Below the pieces are notes generated by a model. The model was not told the origin of the DNA. It did no database searches and was given only the letters and a program-made list of their open reading frames with translations. Made by a program: the position numbers and the translations under genes. Shown piece after piece: positions 40,418 through 53,761 of a stretch of DNA of 64,000 bases (positions within the stretch are counted from its first letter, which is position 1; each line of letters begins with the position of its first letter). Origin of the DNA: Escherichia coli (lineage in GTDB: Bacteria > Pseudomonadota > Gammaproteobacteria > Enterobacterales > Enterobacteriaceae); NCBI RefSeq assembly GCF_024223415.1, contig NZ_CP100500.1. The stretch is one strand, 5' to 3'.

Positions 40418-41768
40418 AAACCGTGCTCCGCGTCATTCGGAAAATGCCATACAGTACCAGGGCGATAACCGGCACCAGACCAATGGCGATGAGATTGCCG
40501 TTGAAGATTTCCAGCAGCCAGAAGCGGAACGGGTTACCGCCATCAAGGAAACTGGAAACCTGGCCGCTGGAGCCTTCGGCAAATTTGAAGTTAACGTCTT
40601 TCGCCATGCCGGTAATAAACGGTGCGATTTTAGTCGCAATCCACAGGTCGGCAATAATCACCGGGATCGCCGCCAGAACGGTGCGGAAAATATTGCCACG
40701 GCTGGCTAAAGCAATCATCGACGCCATTACCGCCAGGTTGGCAAGGTCGCCAAGCGGCAGGACTTCATTACCTGGGAGGACAAACGCGATAAAGACCGAG
40801 ATTGGCGTTAGCAGCAGGGCGGTGGAGATAATCGCCGGATTACCTACGGCAACGGCGATATCCAGTCCGATATAGAGATCGTCACGGTCAGGGTATTTGG
40901 CATTGAGATACTTTTTAATGGCTTCAGACAGCGGTAATAAACCTTCCATCAGGATGCGAACCATGCGTGGCAGGATGAACATCACACCGCCAATGCTGAT
41001 GCCAAGCAGCAACACTTTTTTGAAATCGTATCCTGCAATCACGCCGAGCAGTATGCCCAGAATAGTGCCAACCATCATCGGTTCGCCGAAGATGCCAAAC
41101 TTTTTCTGTACGGTTTCCGGGTCGATATGAATACGATTGAGGCCGGGGATATGGTCGATGATTTTGTCGACCAGCAGACCGACCGGGAAGAACACCACCG
41201 AAGAGAGCGTCGGCAATGAGATCCCTTCCAGTCCAAAGTATTTTTGTACCAGTGGCGCAGACCAGTCGGCGAGTTTAAGTACTACCACCGCAGCAATCGC
41301 CGCCGCCAGCAAACCAAAGAACAGGCTGCCGGTGCTGTAATAAACCAACGTACCAGCAAGGGCAAAATGCCAGTAGTTCCACATATCTACGTCAACGGTA
41401 CGGGTTTTATTTAACGCCAGCATCGCCACGTTAATCAGAATGGTCAGGGGAATAACAAACGGGGCAATTGGCGAACCCCATGTAATAGCGGAAAGCGGCG
41501 GCCAGCCTAAATCTACCACCGGTAAATTAATTCCGGTGCGTTCAACCATCGCCTGGGCCGCTGGCCCGACATTGCTGGTCAGAATATCGAAAATGGCATA
41601 AATACCGACAAAACCAATGCCGACTGTTAATGACGAACGTAAGGCTTTAGCGGGTTTTACTTTAAAACAGAGAGCAAGAATAAATAACACCAACGGCAAC
41701 ATTACCGTCGGGCCAAATCCCAATATATATTGCACAATATTATAGAGGGTATGCGCGATATCGTTCAT
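40410..41768 (-). CDS. PTS EIIC component, galactitol (GatC) family
   Basis: ORF 40410-41798; start assigned to MNDIAHT at 41768 after AGAGG; polytopic GatC-like membrane protein. Confidence 0.85.
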   Translation of the reverse strand: MNDIAHTLYNIVQYILGFGPTVMLPLVLFILALCFKVKPAKALRSSLTVGIGFVGIYAIFDILTSNVGPAAQAMVERTGINLPVVDLGWPPLSAITWGSPIAPFVIPLTILINVAMLALNKTRTVDVDMWNYWHFALAGTLVYYSTGSLFFGLLAAAIAAVVVLKLADWSAPLVQKYFGLEGISLPTLSSVVFFPVGLLVDKIIDHIPGLNRIHIDPETVQKKFGIFGEPMMVGTILGILLGVIAGYDFKKVLLLGISIGGVMFILPRMVRILMEGLLPLSEAIKKYLNAKYPDRDDLYIGLDIAVAVGNPAIISTALLLTPISVFIAFVLPGNEVLPLGDLANLAVMASMIALASRGNIFRTVLAAIPVIIADLWIATKIAPFITGMAKDVNFKFAEGSSGQVSSFLDGGNPFRFWLLEIFNGNLIAIGLVPVIALVLYGIFRMTRSTVYA

Positions 41769-41844
41769 AATAAACCTCTTTTTCAGGCGAGAGCGCACCT
41801 CGCGTTAGCGCCTGATGGAGTGGGTTGAAATTAATTATTATTAA

Positions 41845-42126
41845 TTAATTTTTAAGGATCGAAACAATTTGCGCCAGTACTTTCTCTTCGCCAATACCGG
41901 TAATAATCGGCAAGCCGTTAACTACCGGGACGTCGAGTTCATAAGGCACTTTAGTCGTTGAGACTACCAGTGCTACGCCATCAGTATTTCCAGGTAAAGA
42001 GGCAACGTTGGTTTGGGAATAATTGACGTTAAGACCGTGCTCTTTACAATATTCCATGACTTTTTCTGTTACCGCCGTGGATGTGGCAATACCCGTGGCG
42101 CAGACAAATAAAATGGTTTGACTCAT
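41845..42126 (-). CDS. PTS EIIB component, galactitol (GatB) family
   Basis: 93-aa ORF with phosphorylatable Cys in FVCATGIATS. Confidence 0.8.
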   Translation of the reverse strand: MSQTILFVCATGIATSTAVTEKVMEYCKEHGLNVNYSQTNVASLPGNTDGVALVVSTTKVPYELDVPVVNGLPIITGIGEEKVLAQIVSILKN

Positions 42127-42596
42127 ATTTCACCTCGTTCTTTCATTTTGTTTAAGATTACTGTGTGTATTTCTGTTGTTTCCATCGCAAGCAGGGCTTG
42201 CATAAAGGGCGTATCCTGAATCATTTCCATAATCCAGCCCAGGGCATTTAATTGTTTATTACTTTCGCTTAAGGCGAGCAAAAAAATCACCCTGACAGGT
42301 ACGGGGTCAGGATCGCCGCCCATATCGGCAAACTCTACCGGTTCCGGCAGGATGCCGACGGCAATTGCATTGTGCCTGACATGTTTATGGTCCGTGTGCG
42401 GAATAGCGACGCACGGTGGTTCGGTAGGCAGCCCCGTTGGGTACGTCGCCTCACGTTTCAGTACGTGATCGGCAAAATCAGGGACGACCAGCTCGGCGGC
42501 AACCAACGGTTGCGCTAACTGACGGATGATCTGTTCAATGCTTAACCCTGCCGGAAGTCGTTGAATATAATTTTCCTGAAAATGTATGCCTTGCAT
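42123..42596 (-). CDS. PTS EIIA component (mannitol/fructose-type EIIA-2, GatA-like)
   Basis: 157-aa ORF with conserved His in the AIPHTDHKH region. Confidence 0.8.
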   Translation of the reverse strand: MQGIHFQENYIQRLPAGLSIEQIIRQLAQPLVAAELVVPDFADHVLKREATYPTGLPTEPPCVAIPHTDHKHVRHNAIAVGILPEPVEFADMGGDPDPVPVRVIFLLALSESNKQLNALGWIMEMIQDTPFMQALLAMETTEIHTVILNKMKERGEI

Positions 42597-42620
42597 TTTA
42601 TTCCTCTTAAAAAAGTGTAC

Positions 42621-43376
42621 TTAACTCACTTCCCGCCGTTGCAGTACGGTGCCAAGATAATATTTATTTCCTTTTAACCAGACGTTGCCAAACTCAATGG
42701 GTAATCCTCGGGAGAAAAAGACTAACTGCTCCAGATGCAAAACGGGTGCGTCTTCACTGATATCTAAAAAATGACCACGTTCATTACCAATTAATCGCGC
42801 GGCATAGCGACTTTCCGAGTAACGAATTTTTCTTTGCGACAAACTTTCTATTGTTGGAAATAAATTGTGTTGATTAAAATCTATTTCCGCAATGCCGGGG
42901 CATAGCTCAATATTGATACGGTTCTCTATCAGCATCGCTTTTTCATCACCAATTGAGCGTAAGCGTTCAAGGTAAAGAATATCCTGACCGGGCGTTATTC
43001 TTAATTTCTCTGCCACATAACGATTAGCCGGTTCAATCCGTGACGTAATAACTTCAGTGGTAAAATGTATTTTCTGGCTTTCCAGCGATTCCGCGAATGA
43101 CAATAATCCTTCACCTAACGGATATGCCACGTTCTCTTTTTTGACAAATGTTCCCTTACCCTGGACCTGTATTAACACGCCTTCTTTTACCAGTTGGGCG
43201 ACCGCTTTTTTAACGGTTCCCCGACTCACTTCCAGCATATCCATAATCTGGTATTCCGAAGGAATGCGATCGTCTTCCACCAGATCTCCGGTATAAATAC
43301 TTTCTCTTATCCACTCCACCACTTGTTGATAGAGCGGTATTTGTGACGACTTACTTAATGATTTCATGGCGCGCAC
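42621..43376 (-). CDS. GntR-family transcriptional regulator (HTH plus UTRA effector domain), first gene of the PTS operon
   Basis: 251-aa ORF; N-terminal GntR HTH (IPSEYQIMDMLEVSRGTVKKAVAQL). Confidence 0.8.
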   Translation of the reverse strand: MRAMKSLSKSSQIPLYQQVVEWIRESIYTGDLVEDDRIPSEYQIMDMLEVSRGTVKKAVAQLVKEGVLIQVQGKGTFVKKENVAYPLGEGLLSFAESLESQKIHFTTEVITSRIEPANRYVAEKLRITPGQDILYLERLRSIGDEKAMLIENRINIELCPGIAEIDFNQHNLFPTIESLSQRKIRYSESRYAARLIGNERGHFLDISEDAPVLHLEQLVFFSRGLPIEFGNVWLKGNKYYLGTVLQRREVS

Positions 43377-43388
43377 CTGAACATTTAC

Positions 43389-43416
43389 AGTTGTCTATGG
43401 ACAATCATGGACAACT
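43389..43416. promoter_or_regulatory. putative GntR operator
   Basis: TTGTC-TATG-GACAA palindrome plus a direct repeat of TGGACAA, 13-40 bp upstream of the regulator gene start. Confidence 0.4.
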
Positions 43417-43565
43417 TCAAGCGTATAGTAGGTGAACGGGAGAAAAAGAGGATCGAAGCGTCTCACATTTTGAGGGACCAAATCGTGATCAAAAAAATGT
43501 GACGTGAGTCGATATTTGTCAGAAGTTTACTGCGCCGTAAGGAAATAACGGCGCGTTGGTAGGTG

Positions 43566-46369
<2,804 letters not shown>

Positions 46370-46373
<4 letters not shown>

Positions 46374-47314
46374 GCGTGCGCTCCTTCATGACGACGAATG
46401 CGCGGGTCCAGCGCGGCGTTGAGCAAATCGACAATCAAATTACAGACCACAAAAACCACCACCATCATCAGCGTAAAGCACTGGATCACCGGATAGTCAC
46501 GGTTAAAAATCGCCGACACCGCATAGCGCCCGACGCCAGGCCAGGCAAAGATGTTTTCGATAATCATCGTCCCGCCAATCAGTTCGCCAATGTGCATCCC
46601 CACGGCGGTGATCATCGGCAGCGAGGCATTGCGCAGGATGTGGCGACGTTCGGTCTGTTTGTCGTTCAGGCCGCGCAGACGCGCCCAGGTGACGTGACGC
46701 TGACCGGCGACGTCCAGCATACTGGCGCGCAGCAGCCGTGCGTTAATCGCCAGCGACATAAAGGCAATGGAAACCGCAGGCAAAATGATGTGCTGCCAGC
46801 CGCCGTAGCCCATCGCGGGTAGCCATTGCAGATACACCGAAAACGCCATCACCAGTAAAAATGCCAGCCAGAAGTTAGGCATCGACACGCCAAGAAACGC
46901 GATGAAACGAACGGCGAAATCCGGCAGACGGTCACGATGGCGCGCCGCCCAGATACCGAGCGGTACGGAAGTGAGCAGAATTAATACCAGCGCCGCACCT
47001 GCAAGTTCCAGCGTGGCGGGCAGGAAGTTCAGCATATCGTCCAGTACCGGGCGTTGGCTGGCGAATGAGATACCAAAGTCAAGATGCAGCGCCTTCCACA
47101 ACCAGGTGCCGTACTGGACGTACAGCGGCTGATCCAGTCCCAGCATGGAGCGGGTAGAGGCCAGCATCTCCGGCGTCGGCGGCAGGTTAGACAGACGCAA
47201 ATAATCGAGCGCCGGGTCGCCGGTACCGAGGCGCAGCATCAGAAAAATGATCACCGAGGCGGCGAGCACCATCGGGATCAGCAGCAGAAAGCGGCGTAAT
47301 ACGTAACGCAACAT
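46370..47314 (-). CDS. nikB: nickel ABC transporter permease NikB
   Basis: 314-aa ABC permease. Confidence 0.9.
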
Positions 47315-48888
47315 TAAGGTTTCACCGGTTTAATCTGTTCGAACGGAATTTCGGTGGCGATCGGCGCGTAGGGGATGTTACCCAGCTCCGGTTTTGATAC
47401 CACCATCATTGAGATGTAACTGATAGGCAGATAAACCGCCTCGTCATGCAGACGGGTCAGAATGTCGCGATACAGCGCCTGACGTTGCGTTTCGTCATGT
47501 GTCGCCAGCACTTCGCCGATCTCTTTATCAATCAGCGGCTTGTCGGCTAATCCTTGCTGTGCCTGGAAGTCAGCGTGCGACGGTACGCGCATTGAACTCA
47601 GGAAGGCGTGTGGGTCGTATGGCGCGCCCCAGGTGCGGTGGAAAATCATGCCAAAACGACCGTCGCGCTGACGCGCATAGATACTGCTCTCTTCTTCGCC
47701 AATCAGCGAGACATCTGCGCCAATCTGGCGCATATCAGCCTGAATGATTTCCGCCATCGATTTGCTTAACGCATCGGTGCCGATGAACGACAGTTCAATG
47801 CGCAGCGGCTGACCATTTTTCTCGCGGATGTCTTTGCCCGCAGGCAGCGTCCAACCGGCTTTTTCCAGCAACGCTTTCGCTTTCTGCGGATCGTACTGGC
47901 GCGGTTTCAGGCCGAGATTAGCGTAAGGCACAGAAGGGGCAAACAGAGTGTCGGCGACCTGCTGGGTGCCATATAACGCGTTATCAATCAGCGATTTTTT
48001 GTTTACCGCGTAATTAAGAGCTTCACGTACTGCCAGCTCGTTGGTGGGGGCTTTGGCGGTATTGAGCGCCAGCATCACGGTTTCGATCGGCTGTGACAGT
48101 TGGGTGTGGTAAGCCGGGTTCTGGCTAAAGCGGGCGAAGGTATCGAGCGGTAATAACCCTTCGTTTCCGTACAGCAGGTCGATATCGCCAGTTTCAAACG
48201 CCACCGCGCGGGTAGTCGGGTCCGGGATCACGTTAAAAGTGATCTTCTTAATCGCCGGCTTTTCGCCCCAGTAGTTTTCGTTACGGACGAAGACATCGTA
48301 CTGATTCAGTTTCGATTCCTGCAAAATCCACGGTCCGGTGCCAATCGGCGCTTTAATTCCGTTCATGGTTTCATGGTTTTTAAACTGCGAGGGGGCGATA
48401 AAACGGAAAGGACGGGGCAGGGCCAGTTCTTGCAGGAAAGGATAGTAGGCGCTTTTCAGGGTGATTTGCAGCTCTGTTTTACTGAGTGCTTTGACATCAA
48501 CAATCTGGTTTGCCAGCTCCAGCCAGGCGTGACGTTGACGGTTATCGAGCACTGCGCGGAAGTTTTCTGCCGCTGCCTCTGCATCAAACGGTTCGCCGTT
48601 GGAGAATTTCACGTCATCACGCAGGGTGAAGGTCCAGGTTTTACCATCTTCTGAATGAGTCCAGCTTTTTGCCAGCCACGGGATCACCGAACCATCAGCC
48701 TGATATTTCACCAGCGGTTCATAAACCATGCTCTGGGCGAACATCTGGTTAGGCGTGTAAAGGTGCGGGTTTAGTGGCCCGACATTCACCGGCCAGGCGG
48801 TGGTGATTTCATCTGGTGCAGCGGCATGGACGATAAAAGACGCACAAGCCAGCAGCGCAAATAGAGTGCGGCGGAGTGTGGAGAGCAT
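47314..48888 (-). CDS. nikA: periplasmic nickel-binding protein NikA
   Basis: 524-aa family 5 substrate-binding protein with signal peptide. Confidence 0.9.
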   Translation of the reverse strand: MLSTLRRTLFALLACASFIVHAAAPDEITTAWPVNVGPLNPHLYTPNQMFAQSMVYEPLVKYQADGSVIPWLAKSWTHSEDGKTWTFTLRDDVKFSNGEPFDAEAAAENFRAVLDNRQRHAWLELANQIVDVKALSKTELQITLKSAYYPFLQELALPRPFRFIAPSQFKNHETMNGIKAPIGTGPWILQESKLNQYDVFVRNENYWGEKPAIKKITFNVIPDPTTRAVAFETGDIDLLYGNEGLLPLDTFARFSQNPAYHTQLSQPIETVMLALNTAKAPTNELAVREALNYAVNKKSLIDNALYGTQQVADTLFAPSVPYANLGLKPRQYDPQKAKALLEKAGWTLPAGKDIREKNGQPLRIELSFIGTDALSKSMAEIIQADMRQIGADVSLIGEEESSIYARQRDGRFGMIFHRTWGAPYDPHAFLSSMRVPSHADFQAQQGLADKPLIDKEIGEVLATHDETQRQALYRDILTRLHDEAVYLPISYISMMVVSKPELGNIPYAPIATEIPFEQIKPVKP

Positions 48889-48925
48889 GGTAACCCCAAT
48901 GGATTAAAATAGATGGCGGAAATAA

Positions 48926-48953
48926 GTATGACGATTTTAAGTATTCGTCATAC
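48926..48953. promoter_or_regulatory. NikR operator in the nikA promoter
   Basis: GTATGA, 16 bp, TCATAC: perfect match to the NikR operator architecture, 38-65 bp upstream of the nikA start. Confidence 0.75.
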
Positions 48954-48998
48954 TGATTACCTGTTCTGGATCAATAGATGGGCAGTCGGGTGGGCGGA

Positions 48999-49586
48999 TC
49001 AGTTAACTGAATCGATCCATTGCACACTGTCGGCGGTGAGCGTAAAGGGAGTAGGGGTGCAGATCGCCAGGCTTAAATTTTCTAGCTGACAATGGCTGAC
49101 TGACAGCGAGGAGTGATAGGTGCTGTCTACGCTGACGATTTGCCAGGCGCTGCCACCACGCTGTTTAACGATGGCTTCTTTGCGCGTCCAGATGCGCCAG
49201 AACATTTCCAGTTGCTGATCAGGATGCACGGCGTCCATCTCAGCGTGTTCCCCGAGGCTGAATACGGCGTTCGCCAGCCAGCGCCAGTTGGCGCGCGGGC
49301 GAATCACTTCGATATCGCAGCCGACTTCGCCTTCATCACTCAACAGCAGAGCGATATCGTCACCGCTATGGCTTAAGTTGAACCATAGCGGCGTTTCCGG
49401 CGCGAATGCAGGTTTGCCTTGTTCGCCATAGATGATCTCCGGTAGCGGGGAAAGCGTGTGCGAAAGCAATGCACGCCCCGCCAGCCAGCGTTCGCGTCGT
49501 GGACCTTGCGGTGCTTGCTCGCGTAAACCCGGTGGCAGTGGAGCTGCGCTTAAGGTCGAAACTTTCCCCAGAACTATCCGATACAT
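48999..49586 (-). CDS. acpT: 4'-phosphopantetheinyl transferase AcpT
   Basis: ORF 48999-49706; start assigned to MYRIVLGKV at 49586 (195 aa), 1 nt after the stop of the upstream ketosynthase gene. Confidence 0.85.
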   Translation of the reverse strand: MYRIVLGKVSTLSAAPLPPGLREQAPQGPRRERWLAGRALLSHTLSPLPEIIYGEQGKPAFAPETPLWFNLSHSGDDIALLLSDEGEVGCDIEVIRPRANWRWLANAVFSLGEHAEMDAVHPDQQLEMFWRIWTRKEAIVKQRGGSAWQIVSVDSTYHSSLSVSHCQLENLSLAICTPTPFTLTADSVQWIDSVN

Positions 49587-49587
49587 A

Positions 49588-50817
49588 TCAGGGCCAACGT
49601 TTAATGATGATGGATGTATTAATGCCGCCAAAGGCAAAGTTGTTACTCTGCAAAAACTCACAATCAACCTTGCGGGCTTCATGCATGATGTAATCCAGCG
49701 CGCCACAATTCGGGTCTGGTTTATTCAGGTTTAGCGTAGGCGCAAACCAACCTTCGCGCATCATTTGCAGACTCATCCAGGCTTCGAGCGCGCCACAGGC
49801 ACCAAGCGTATGACCAAAATAACTTTTCAGCGAGGAGAGCGGCACATTATCACCGTAAATGGTTGCTGTCGCCAGACTTTCTGCCATATCACCGCGATCG
49901 GTCGCCGTACCATGCGCTGAAATATAGCCGATATCTTGTGCGCTTAACCCGGCGATTTTCAGCGATTGCTCCATACAATACTGCATGGTTTCGCTCTGCG
50001 GCTGGGTAATATGTGCCGCGTCGCAGTTAGTCGCAAAGCCGACGATTTCACCGTAAATGGTCGCGCCGCGCGCTTTGGCGTGCTCCAGTTCTTCGAGAAT
50101 GAGCGTACCTGCGCCTTCACCAATCACCAGCCCGTCGCGGTTTTCATCGAACGGTGAAGGTGTGGTTTTCGGCGCATCATTGTGCTGGCTGGTGGCGAAA
50201 AGCGTATCAAATACCGCTGCTTCTGAAGGACATAACTCTTCGGCACCACCAGCAACCATCACCGTTTGATAACCGTGGCGAATGGCTTCCCACGCATAAC
50301 CGATTGCCTGGCTGCCGGAAGTACAGGCGCTGGAGGTTGGGATCACCCGCCCGCGCAGGCCGAAAAAGAGGCCAGTATTAACGGCGGTGGTGTGCGGCAT
50401 CATCTGCACATAGGTGGTGCCAGTGATGTTATTGGTGTGCTTTTCCGTCAGCATGGTGGCGAACTCGCTTACCGGGCCGGTACTGCCGGTCGATGAACCG
50501 TACGCAATGCCCGTTTCGCCGCTGGTTAATATCGGATCGCCAATCAACCCTGCCTGCTCTAACGCCAGCTCGCTGGCACGGGTCGACATTTGCGACACGC
50601 GGCCCATCGCACGGATACGCTTGCGGGTGTAGTGCTCCGGTAGCGTGAAATCATCAACAGGCGCGCCAAGCAGGGTGTGCAGCCCATCGTAGACCTGCCA
50701 CTCCGGCATTTTGCGCACCGCATTTTCATATGCCAGTAAGCGTGCAGAAACGTCCTGCCAGTTTTCACCAAAGGCAGTCACGCCGCCCATTCCTGTAATC
50801 ACTACGCGACGTGTCAT
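49588..50817 (-). CDS. apeR: beta-ketoacyl-ACP synthase (FabB/FabF-like) of the aryl-polyene-type cluster
   Basis: 409-aa KS with active-site Cys (TSSACTSG) and His motifs (AHGTAT, GHTLGA). The ape letter is assigned by gene order. Confidence 0.7.
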   Translation of the reverse strand: MTRRVVITGMGGVTAFGENWQDVSARLLAYENAVRKMPEWQVYDGLHTLLGAPVDDFTLPEHYTRKRIRAMGRVSQMSTRASELALEQAGLIGDPILTSGETGIAYGSSTGSTGPVSEFATMLTEKHTNNITGTTYVQMMPHTTAVNTGLFFGLRGRVIPTSSACTSGSQAIGYAWEAIRHGYQTVMVAGGAEELCPSEAAVFDTLFATSQHNDAPKTTPSPFDENRDGLVIGEGAGTLILEELEHAKARGATIYGEIVGFATNCDAAHITQPQSETMQYCMEQSLKIAGLSAQDIGYISAHGTATDRGDMAESLATATIYGDNVPLSSLKSYFGHTLGACGALEAWMSLQMMREGWFAPTLNLNKPDPNCGALDYIMHEARKVDCEFLQSNNFAFGGINTSIIIKRWP

Positions 50818-51545
50818 AACATCCCTCCGTTGATGGAAATAACCTGGCGGGTGACGTAACCCGCAATATCAGACATTAAATAACTGGCAAGCCCGGCAAC
50901 TTCTTCCGCCTGGCCCATACGTTTCATGGGGATCATCGACATTGCCTCTTTCAGAGCGCTCTCTTCCATTTCGATCATCCCGGTATCAATAAGCCCTGGC
51001 GCGATGCAATTGACGGTGATTTTGCGCTTTGCGAGTTCGATAGCCAGCGCTTTTGTTGCGCCGATAATTCCGGCTTTGGCAGCGCTGTAATTCACCTGGC
51101 CGCGATTGCCCATTACGCCGGAAACCGAGGACAGCGTGATGATGCGCCCACCCTGGCGCGCGCCGATCATTGGCATAATGCACGGCTGAATGACGTTGTA
51201 GAAACTGTCGAGATTGGTGTGGATCACCGCATCCCAGTCGTCATCGCTTAAAGCCGGAAAAGCGGCATCGCGGGCGATCCCGGCGTTACTGACCACGCCG
51301 TACCAGGCACCGTGTTGCGCGATCTCATGCTCCAGCACTTCCCGACACTGTTCGCGGTTTGCGACGTCGAAACTGAGCAAACGCCCGTTACCCCCGTTGG
51401 CGACAATGGCATTCAGCGTTTCCTGAGCGCCTGTGGCGTCACGGTGATAGTGAACGCCAATGTTAAAGCCGTCTGCCGCCAGTTGGCAGGCGATGGCGCG
51501 ACCAATGCCTTTGCTGGCACCAGTAACCAGAACTGAACGACTCAT
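50814..51545 (-). CDS. apeQ: 3-oxoacyl-ACP reductase (SDR, FabG-like)
   Basis: 243-aa SDR with TGASKGIG cofactor motif. Confidence 0.7.
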   Translation of the reverse strand: MSRSVLVTGASKGIGRAIACQLAADGFNIGVHYHRDATGAQETLNAIVANGGNGRLLSFDVANREQCREVLEHEIAQHGAWYGVVSNAGIARDAAFPALSDDDWDAVIHTNLDSFYNVIQPCIMPMIGARQGGRIITLSSVSGVMGNRGQVNYSAAKAGIIGATKALAIELAKRKITVNCIAPGLIDTGMIEMEESALKEAMSMIPMKRMGQAEEVAGLASYLMSDIAGYVTRQVISINGGML

Positions 51546-52009
51546 CAGGACGCTCCTTGTTGAAACAGGGTGGTAAGTTCTTCCGCGGTCGGCTGGAAGG
51601 TGTTAATGCGGCCCGTCGCCTCGCCGTCGTTGATGCTGCACTCAAAACTGCCGAAGCGATCGTCCTGCATCAGCAGTTTGACGGTAATGGTCAGCGTCTG
51701 GCCTGCGGGCAGAATGCCAGCGGCGCAAAGCAATTCACGCGCGCCCAGTATCATCCCTAACTCAATACTGTTTTTGCCCTGCTGGTGGCGATGCCAGCCA
51801 GACCAGACGCCGACGGTTTGCGCCATCAGTTCAAGGGCAAACCAGCCAGGGAGATTGCCGTCCGGGTCGAGAAACGGTGCCAGTACGCCACTGGGCGAAA
51901 CCGTCACGCGGCACACCGCGCTGTCATCGCTGACGCTCACCACGTCTTCCAGCAGTAACATGGGCGCGTCGTGGGGCAGATAAGCGCCGGGGGATAAATA
52001 GTGGCTCAC
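51545..52009 (-). CDS. apeP: hot-dog fold 3-hydroxyacyl-ACP dehydratase (FabA/FabZ-like)
   Basis: 154-aa hot-dog protein; position and size match the dehydratase partner. Confidence 0.6.
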   Translation of the reverse strand: MSHYLSPGAYLPHDAPMLLLEDVVSVSDDSAVCRVTVSPSGVLAPFLDPDGNLPGWFALELMAQTVGVWSGWHRHQQGKNSIELGMILGARELLCAAGILPAGQTLTITVKLLMQDDRFGSFECSINDGEATGRINTFQPTAEELTTLFQQGAS

Positions 52010-53184
52010 GAAACCCTCCCGAGCAGAATGCTGGCGTTATTGCCGCCAAAGGCGAAGGAATTGGACAGGATCACCGGACGTGCCAGCGGCTGCGGTTTTT
52101 CGATAATGCCACACGGTGGCAGCGTGGGATCGCGCGGCGACAGGCTGAAGTCCTGAGCGGGCAGCGGTAAATCACGCTGTAAAATCAACATACTAATTGC
52201 CGCCTCGGTAATGCCCGCTGCGCCCAGCGTGTGTCCGGTCAAATGTTTGGTGGAGCTGCACGGTACGCGTTCGCCAAACAGGGCGTTAACCACCATTGAT
52301 TCAATCTGGTCGTTGAGCTGTGTGGCGGTGCCGTGCAGGTTGATATAGCCGACGTCATCCGGCGTAAGCTGCGCATCGGTCAGCGCCTGATTAATAGCGC
52401 GGATCGCTCCTTCGCCCTGCGGATGCGGGGCTGAAATATGGTAAGCGTCGCTCGATTCACCAACGCCCAGCAACGCGATGGGCTGCGGTTCCCGGGTCAG
52501 CAGCATTAGCCCCGCCCCTTCACCAATGGTGATACCTGCGCGGTCACGACCAAACGGCTGACATAAGGTTGGCGACAGCGATTCGAGGCTGTGAAAACCG
52601 TTAATCGGCATCCGGCTCAGGGTGTCTGCACCACCCACAATGGCGGCATCGACCAGCCCCGCTTCGATAAGCCTGCGCCCGCTGATTATCGCTCTGGCGC
52701 TGGAAGAGCAGGCGGTTGAAAGGGTATAGGCCGGGCCGTCGAGCGCCAGCCAGTGGCTGAGAAAACGCGACGGATCGCCGAGTTCCTGTTGCGCGTAGTG
52801 CCATGTGGTGCTCGGCTGCTCGTGGGTGCGCAGGTTAACGTGCGTGTCGCCTTCATGCAGGCCGGAGGTGCTGGTGCCAAGTACAATCGCGATGCGCTCG
52901 CGACCATATTTCGCTATAGCGTCATCAACCTGCGGCTGGAGCTGCGCCAGCGCCGCCAGCAGGATCTGATTGTTGCGCGAGCGATGCGCAGCGAATTTTT
53001 CCGGGATAAGCGGAAGCTCGCCATCCACGCCAGCCAGGACCGCCTGCGGATGCCCCTGCAACCAGCCTGCGCGTGGGCGCATTCCGGGGGCGACACCGCG
53101 AGCCAGGTTGGTTGCGATTTCGTCAAGGTTATTTCCCAGGGCGTTGATCATGCCGACGGCGGAAATATAAATCATATCAGTCAC
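52006..53184 (-). CDS. apeO: beta-ketoacyl-ACP synthase (elongation KS)
   Basis: 392-aa KS with Cys (TLSTACSSS) and His motifs (LHGTAT, GHTLGA). Confidence 0.7.
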   Translation of the reverse strand: MTDMIYISAVGMINALGNNLDEIATNLARGVAPGMRPRAGWLQGHPQAVLAGVDGELPLIPEKFAAHRSRNNQILLAALAQLQPQVDDAIAKYGRERIAIVLGTSTSGLHEGDTHVNLRTHEQPSTTWHYAQQELGDPSRFLSHWLALDGPAYTLSTACSSSARAIISGRRLIEAGLVDAAIVGGADTLSRMPINGFHSLESLSPTLCQPFGRDRAGITIGEGAGLMLLTREPQPIALLGVGESSDAYHISAPHPQGEGAIRAINQALTDAQLTPDDVGYINLHGTATQLNDQIESMVVNALFGERVPCSSTKHLTGHTLGAAGITEAAISMLILQRDLPLPAQDFSLSPRDPTLPPCGIIEKPQPLARPVILSNSFAFGGNNASILLGRVS

Positions 53185-53761
53185 CTAAGTATTGAATGGT
53201 GATGTGGTATTTAAAGACATGCTGCTCAATGCTGATTGGCACGCGTTTTCCCTGGCGATTCAGATAGGTGATTTCCGTGACCAGTTTGCCGCTGGCGTTA
53301 CGCAGTTCGCGTTTGTCACCGTTGTCGCGAAGTGTCCAGCCAGCGGGAAGTTGCGGTTGCCAGGCGCTAATCGGCCAGTGGCTGAGCATTACGTCAGCCA
53401 GAACCTGACTTGCGGGCGGCAACTGTGGGACGACGATGGATTGCTCGGCGCGTAGCCCTTTTGCATCGTAGGTCACCAGAAACAGGCGAATGCCGACCGA
53501 CGACAGCCCGGCAAGGGTGATTTTCTGGTCGTCGGCGTTAAGCATCACTAACAGCGACTGGGTTTTGCCGTTGAAGCTGCCGGTCAACAGTTGCTGGGAA
53601 TTGACGGCGGGTGAAATCCCTGGTGCCGGCAGCGTGATGCGCGTGCCAGGTTGCAGCCACGCCTGCGGGCGGCCTTCCTGTTCCGGTTGCGAGTGGCTAC
53701 AGCCGGTGAGGATAAGCGTAGCGGTCAGGGCGAGCGCTCGCCAGAAGGTAGGTTTGATCAT
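53177..53761 (-). CDS. apeN: lipoprotein of the export module
   Basis: 194-aa ORF with signal peptide and lipobox LTGC. Confidence 0.55.
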   Translation of the reverse strand: MIKPTFWRALALTATLILTGCSHSQPEQEGRPQAWLQPGTRITLPAPGISPAVNSQQLLTGSFNGKTQSLLVMLNADDQKITLAGLSSVGIRLFLVTYDAKGLRAEQSIVVPQLPPASQVLADVMLSHWPISAWQPQLPAGWTLRDNGDKRELRNASGKLVTEITYLNRQGKRVPISIEQHVFKYHITIQYLGD

